From positions 62,001-90,620 of the forward strand of contig UYFQ01000268.1 of NCBI GenBank assembly GCA_900617105.1: a stretch of DNA of 28,620 nucleotides, written 5' to 3'. How positions within the stretch are numbered: position 1 is the first letter of the stretch; each line of letters opens with the position of its first letter. This stretch comes from Hydrurus foetidus (lineage: Eukaryota). Made by a program: the position numbers and the translations under genes. Below the pieces are notes generated by a model. It worked only from the letters and a program-made list of their open reading frames with translations, searched no databases and was not told where the DNA came from. Below, piece after piece: positions 23,309 through 28,620 of this stretch.

Positions 23309-23363
23309 TTTAGGAGAATAACAATATAAAGAAATAATATATAACTTTAGTATATATATTATA
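23309..23363 (+). promoter_or_regulatory. Putative element promoter motif
   Basis: TTTAGG 23309-23314, ATATAAAGAAA 23324-23334, ATG 23364. Confidence 0.6.
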
Positions 23364-23615
23364 ATGAAAAATATCCTTATAGAAATGAAACAAAATATAG
23401 ATAATGTAGTTTTTGTAATAAATGAAATAAAATATACATTCCCAATACCAGAAACAATAAAAAAGTTTCTACGTTTTGGGTTTTTAAATAATAAGATTTT
23501 TTTTAAAATGTTTTATAAAGACGATACAGATAATATTCAGTTTATGATAATGCAATATACAAATAAAAAAGGAATTGTTTTGTTCGAGGAAAAAGATTGG
23601 TCTTTATGTATTTAA
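23364..23615 (+). CDS. Hypothetical protein (83 aa)
   Basis: ATG-TAA ORF, co-oriented and preceded by the shared motif; no domain recognised. Confidence 0.65.
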   Translation: MKNILIEMKQNIDNVVFVINEIKYTFPIPETIKKFLRFGFLNNKIFFKMFYKDDTDNIQFMIMQYTNKKGIVLFEEKDWSLCI

Positions 23616-23840
23616 CCGGATTATACCGTATAATTTATACCGTATTATACCGCATTTTCCTGTATCTTATACTTTTTACACTTTTTACACTTTTTTATTT
23701 TTTACGCCTTTTTTTTACATTTATTCACTTTTACACTTTTTTTCGGGGAATCCTAATTTTTTAACCTTTTCCAATAATTTCGCACTTTTTAACGAATTTG
23801 GCGGAATTTGGCCGTTTCCAAAAATTAGGGTTCCCTCTCT
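23616..23840. repeat. Probable right terminal (TIR) region of the PLV-like element
   Basis: Non-coding and T-skewed, with TTATACCG x3 and TTTTACAC-like sub-repeats. On the minus strand the end reads 5'-AGAGAGGGAACCCTAA, matching the (AG)n termini of Polintons. Partner TIR not seen in the window. Confidence 0.55.
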
Positions 23841-24037
23841 CGTCGTCTGACGCCATCATTTCTTGAAAATATGATGGTGCACGTTTAGGTCCAAACGGAA
23901 GTCTTGTGAAGTGATATATGCCCATGAATGTAATGAAGGCTGTATAAATTCTTGTGCTCATTGTGATTGGCGCCTGGTGGTAGCCTGCTGTGAGGTCAAT
24001 CACACCAAAGGTATCTGCTTTTGCAGACCCAAGACGT
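23841..24037 (-). pseudogene. Ty3/Gypsy reverse transcriptase fragment, truncated on both sides
   Basis: RLGSAKADTFGVIDLTAGYHQAP...TRLPFGPKRAPSYFQEMMA aligns to the RT at 27160-27350 (DLTQGYHQAP...TRLPFGPKRAPSYFQQTMA) but is a distinct, diverged copy. Confidence 0.9.
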
Positions 24038-24304
24038 TGTAGCCTCACTGCATCTGTACTGCATGTACGGATACACTGTGACTGTATACTATACCTATAC
24101 TGTAGATTCTAGAACGGACCCAAAGTCCTGTACAGTTTTCTTTTCTTTTCGTTTCCACGCGAGTACACTTCACTGTAGATACTACTGCTTGTTTCTCGCT
24201 GTAAACTATAAGAATACTCTTCCACCTTCTCCTACGTCTTCGTTTCCGCCTCTGTCCTCGTCCATCGTCCTCGTCCAACGTCCTTTGGTCACCAACGACC
24301 ATAA
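24038..24304 (+). repeat. LTR-derived arm, inverted relative to 24485-24749
   Basis: Starts TGTAGCCTCACTG. Reverse complement of 24485-24749, with 4 substitutions in the first ~185 bp and more differences towards the inner end. Confidence 0.85.
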
Positions 24305-24314
24305 TATCGATATT

Positions 24315-24328
24315 TGGTTCCTACGACC
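24315..24328 (+). other. Candidate tRNA primer-binding site
   Basis: TGGTTCCTACGACC lies just downstream of the + strand LTR arm and starts TGG (complement of tRNA CCA). A low-complexity ORF start MAIRRIRAKASAKATT follows at 24381. Confidence 0.35.
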
Positions 24329-24484
24329 AAAAATTCTTTTCTTCAACTCATCCATCTTTTCTCGGGAAATTTTTCGGATCATGGCAATTCGCCGCATCCG
24401 TGCCAAAGCCTCGGCTAAGGCAACCACCAACGCTAAGGCAACCACCAACACCACCGACAACACCAGCGCCATCTTAAGACGAGC

Positions 24485-24749
24485 TTATGGACGTTGGTGA
24501 CCAAAGGACGGTGGACGAGGACGATGGACGAGGACGGAGGCGAAAAACGAAGATGGGGGAGGTGGAAGAGTATTCTTATAGTTTACAGCGAGAAACAAGC
24601 AGTAGTATCTACAGTGATGTGTACTCGCGTGGAAACGAAAAGAAAAGAAAACTGTACCGGACTTTGGGTCCGTTCTAGAATCTACAGTACAGGTATAGTA
24701 TACAGTCACAGTGTATCCGTACATGCAGTACAGATACAGTGAGGCTACA
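24485..24749 (-). repeat. 3' LTR (or first arm of a palindromic LTR) of the chromodomain Gypsy element
   Basis: On the minus strand it begins TGTAG 3 nt after the polypurine tract, ~200 bp downstream of the pol stop. Confidence 0.85.
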
Positions 24750-24752
24750 CTA

Positions 24753-24775
24753 CCCCTTCTTCCCTTTTCTTTTCC
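24753..24775 (-). other. Polypurine tract (plus-strand primer)
   Basis: Minus strand reads GGAAAAGAAAAGGGAAGAAGGGG, then TAG, then the LTR start TGTAG. Confidence 0.85.
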
Positions 24776-24955
24776 AATGAACTCTACTAATATTTGTATG
24801 AGAGTGGGAAAGAAAGACGAAACAAAACACATTTTGAAAAAAATGAGAAACTTCGAAAACGATGATGTCAGACTCTTACTGACTAAATTCCTCCAAAAAA
24901 AGAATAAAAAAAATAGGAGGTAAATTCTTCATGAATAACGTTTCGAGTGAAGAAA

Positions 24956-27900
24956 TCAACGGTGTTGTTTATTGATTAGTTTTGTCAAATTATTTTGACG
25001 CAAGTAATCATGAAGTTTATCAACATCACGAAGATTGGAGTAAGGCTCCCAAGTGTTTTTATCAGAAGGGTAATTTAACCATTTGACTAAAAACTCAATC
25101 TTGGAGCGTTGATGAGGTCCACGGTGATCAACGATGTCTTCTACGAAGTATTCCATATGGTCACGACGCGCGACATCAACAGGATTTGTAATCGCTGGAT
25201 CATACAGAAACGGTTTCATGGCAGATACATGATATACCGCTGTTTTTGTGTGATCAAATCGTATAGAGTGTAACGAGAATTTTCGCCACTGACGACTTTT
25301 AATGGACCTCTCCAATGCGTATGAAGACGTGTTGGAGGTGATCCATCGCGATAATGTACAAGAACATATGAGTCGCGAGGGTACTCAATATGCTGAGAGA
25401 TCTGAGATTGGTTTTGATGAAGTAAATCTGTACGAAGAAGTTCTTTGGCCGAAGCTTTGAGAAGACTATCTTGTATTTTTAATAGATTGCTCATACGTGC
25501 CGACAAAGGTTTGTCATTAATAACAAGTCTCTCAGATGGAGGAAGAAATATTCCTCTGTCTAATTTGAGTATATTGCCGAAAAGCAATTGAGATGCAGAG
25601 ATTTTTAAACGATCACTGTGATTAGAATTTAAAATTCGTTGCACAAATGGTAGTGATGTTGAATAATCATCAAGCGTTACGTTATCGTAAGTTAAAGCAC
25701 GAAGGTGTCTATTAACTTCTTTATTCATGCGTTCAACAATGGCGTTTTCTTCTTTAGAATAAGCTAAAGTAAGACAGTGTTGAGTGCCAATAAGAGTTAG
25801 AAACTCTTTGATAACTTCGGCAATGAAGTGTGGCCCATTATCAGAACGGAGTTGGAGAGGTGCGCCGAAACGACCGAAATGTTGCAAAAGGCATTGAGCT
25901 GTCGAAAGTGCCGAAGCATCTTTAGTATGAAACAGCTCAACCCACCTTGTGAACGTATCGATAATTACGAGTACGTACCCCCGTCTGGAAACGGTCCTAC
26001 GAAGTCTATGTTAAGGCATTCCATAGGTGTGTAAGTAGAAGTCGAAAAGCCGTGAGCATGAATTGGGATCTTTAACATGCTCATCTTTTGACAACACGAA
26101 CAGTGATCTATGAACCACCTGACATGCTGTCGTTGAAACTGCCACACCTTGTTGTTGTCTTTGAGACGCTTTAAAGTGCGCTCAAGACCAAAGTGACCAA
26201 CTTGTGAATTGTGTACATTACTTATAGTATTGTATTGTTCACGAGTCAGTTTGAATTTTTCAATAATATTGGCAGACATGATTGTCTCAAGTGAATATTC
26301 TTGAGGATGGTCAATCATGTTGTTACGACAGAGTCGAGACATCGAATCAGCTATGTCATTGTTAACACCAGAAATGAATTCAATTTTAAATGAGAATTCT
26401 GATAAAGCCATAAGCCAACGAACAATCATTGGATTTGAATGATTTTTAATGTATAACAAGTTACGATGATCGGTGCGTAAAGTAAACATCCGATCACGTA
26501 ATAGCGATTTTAAATACGTGCACGCAAAGAAAATAGCATATGCTTCTTTCTGTATAACTGCCCACCTAAGTTGAGCTTTGTTAAGCGATTTACTAACAAA
26601 TGCTACGGGCGTCTCTTTTCCGTCAACTAACTGAAAAGATAAGCACCTACACCGTAATCCGATGCATCAGTGTGCAAGTAAATCGGATCGGTGTCACTTA
26701 AAAGTGCATTGTCGTGCATTTTGCAGTTTGAGATTTAATTAACTCAAATGCTGAGTCAGCTTCTGGTGTCCAAACTATTTTTTAGATTTATTATAATCAA
26801 CAAGCAACTGGTGTAACGGATATAGTACAGTTGAAGCATTTTTGATAAAATCGTGAAAATAGTTTACCAAACCTAAAAACTTTTAAGTTGTTTAGATATA
26901 TCTGGTTTGGGAAAATCTAAAACTTGCCGTATTTTTTCTTGTGACATTTTTAGTCCTTCAGCAGAAAGGACTTTGCCAACATAATCAATTTCGGAATAGC
27001 CAAGATAACATTTATTTGGTTTAAGAAATATTTTATGTTGTCGAAAGCGTTGAAAAACAAGACGGAGTCTAAAAACTAATTCGTCAGTGTCTTTGCCGAA
27101 AACATTGCAATCATCAATGTACATTTCGCATATAGTGTAAATCAAACCAGCTAATACAACAGTTGCCATGGTCTGTTGAAAATAAGAAGGAGCTCGTTTA
27201 GGCCCAAAGGGCAGACGAGTGAATTGATACACGCCACAGAAAAGTATGAATGCAGTGTATGCGCGTGCTGCCAGTGTAAGCGGTGCTTGATGATATCCTT
27301 GAGTGAGATCAAGTGTAGCGAATACTTTTGCTTTATGAGCACCAATTCGACGTAACATTTCATTTATGTTAGGAATGGGCCATGATGCATCTTCGGTACA
27401 ATCATTAAGATTTCGATAATCTATACACATGCGTTTGGTTCCGTCAGACTTTGGAACCATAAGCACTTGGCTGTAATAAGCCGCATTTGATTTCTCGATA
27501 ATCCCTTGCTCTTCAAGTTTCGCGAGTTGACGTATAATGTCAGCTTGATTTGCAGTGGATTGTGGTCGAGGAGGTGTTCTATTACGGGAGACTTTCCATT
27601 TTACGTCATCCACGTTAAGTTCAAACGGTGGGATATCAGCAGGGCTAGCCGGAAGCTCACTGCTAAATATATCCCTAAATTCGTTACATAGTAAACGGAG
27701 TTTATTTTTCTGATCTTCATCACCTGCTATGTGTATTAGCGAGAGTGAATCTGTATCAAGAAATTCATTAATCCATGGTGAAAAGGAGTCATTTAATGAA
27801 TCATCAATTTCATCTTCATCAGGCGGCACAACTCCAAATAGTTGTTCCGACTCTTGAATTAACGAAGCTAGTATGACATGTGTTTGGGTGACTGCCGGAT

Positions 27901-28618
27901 CTTTCATTTGGGTTAATGAAAGATCTTTTGGGGTTCCTTTAGAGGTTTGCAAAGTCTCTTCGGGCTGACAGCCACATGTTATGACCACATCTTCAGAAGT
28001 CGAGACTCCCTTTATTGGGGTTGGTCGCGATGAAGTGCTTGATTTTATTTGATCTGGGAAAATCGAGAATAGATCTAAATCTCGTATAATTTTTCTTCCC
28101 ACTATTAGATCAATTTGTGTTTGTTCTAAAACATAAGCCGTGATTTGGAAAGAAGAATAATTATTTAAATCAGGGCAAAAATAAGAAAGTTTTAAGTCGA
28201 TGGTTTCAGAAATTTCATAGCAATGATTATCTAAACCACTACAAACTTTACACGCTGTCTTAGAAGATTTAGAAACATGTTGTGTTAAGTTAAGATTATT
28301 TATAACACGCCTAGCTATAAAATTGCTGGCGATCGATCCCGTATCCAATAGAGTGAAGACTCTATTTTTCTCTTCCAGCGAAGTTTGCTGAGAAATATGA
28401 GAAATAAAGAAGGGGATTAGATGTTTATCCGATGAAACGGAAGGGTTGTCAATTGACGACATATTAAGGTTGTAAACGTAGTCACCTTTTTGTTTCTTCG
28501 CGACACGAGTAGTGTCTGCTGACGAGGCCGCGGTCTTAGAAGACGCAGAAGAAGAGGAGGAAGCGGAAGAAGAAGATGTTCCGTACGCGTTTGGAATGAA
28601 CGTCGCTTTGGGATCGAT
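24956..28618 (-). CDS. pol: Gag-Pol polyprotein (frameshifted as assembled): aspartic protease, RT, RNase H, integrase, chromodomain
   Basis: LLDTGS (PR); YIDD and DLTQGYHQ (RT); HTDASDYGVG and TDHRNL (RH); H..GHFG..CSCC, DFVGP, SDNG, NAIVER (IN); FLVKWLNY...NTWEP (chromo). The frame stays open upstream of the 28462 ATG to the window edge (IDPKATFIPNAYGTSSSS...). Six frameshifts, all in homopolymers. Confidence 0.93.
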
Positions 28619-28620
28619 CT

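Larger units (their letters stand above)
18323..23840 (+). mobile_element. Integrated Polinton-like virus / transpoviron-like element (right part; left boundary not resolved)
   Basis: AT-rich, intronless, co-oriented compact genes including a pPolB-palm/SF1-helicase fusion, a T5orf172-like protein and a Zn finger. Shared upstream motif. Ends in ...CCCTCTCT-3' at a sharp junction with Gypsy RT. No capsid, packaging ATPase or integrase gene recognised in the window. Confidence 0.8.
24485..28620 (-). mobile_element. Ty3/Gypsy LTR retrotransposon with chromodomain integrase (5' part outside window)
   Basis: Domain order PR-RT-RH-IN-chromo, followed by PPT and LTR. Confidence 0.95.

Noticed and set aside
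18899..23830. TTTAGG/TTAGGG words as telomeric repeats
   Set aside because: Isolated, not tandem; four sit at similar distances upstream of ATGs, which fits a promoter motif better.
24021..24923. Several overlapping ORFs with mirrored sequences
   Set aside because: By-products of the inverted LTR arms and the 3' untranslated region.
18708..27691. Antisense or alternative-frame ORFs (18708, 20899, 21487, 23575, 25828, 27151, 27506)
   Set aside because: Shadows of real genes or of low-complexity T/A tracts.

Overview
AT-rich eukaryotic (probably protist) repeat-rich DNA made almost entirely of nested mobile elements. 1-3300: degenerate sequence with a 1.65-kb TA-flanked TIR DNA element (688-2335), head-to-head with the end of a relative. 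3325-3525: a 43-bp minisatellite. 3525-17526: about 195 copies of a 72-bp unit, the first 176 apparently identical. 17527-18322: a mosaic of repeat fragments and AT-rich sequence, probably a consensus artefact or misjoin. About 18323-23840: the right part of a Polinton-like virus/transpoviron-type element. It encodes a T5orf172/GIY-YIG-like protein, a C2H2 Zn-finger protein, a 1204-aa vOTU-like + HNH + exonuclease-less pPolB palm + SF1 helicase fusion and two small ORFs; four genes share an upstream motif, and it ends in CTCTCT. That end abuts a Ty3/Gypsy RT fragment. Next come an inverted pair of ~265-bp LTR arms (24038-24749) and a minus-strand chromodomain-bearing Gypsy gag-pol whose six frameshifts are all homopolymer deletions. 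All family calls come from motif recognition by eye; no searches were run.
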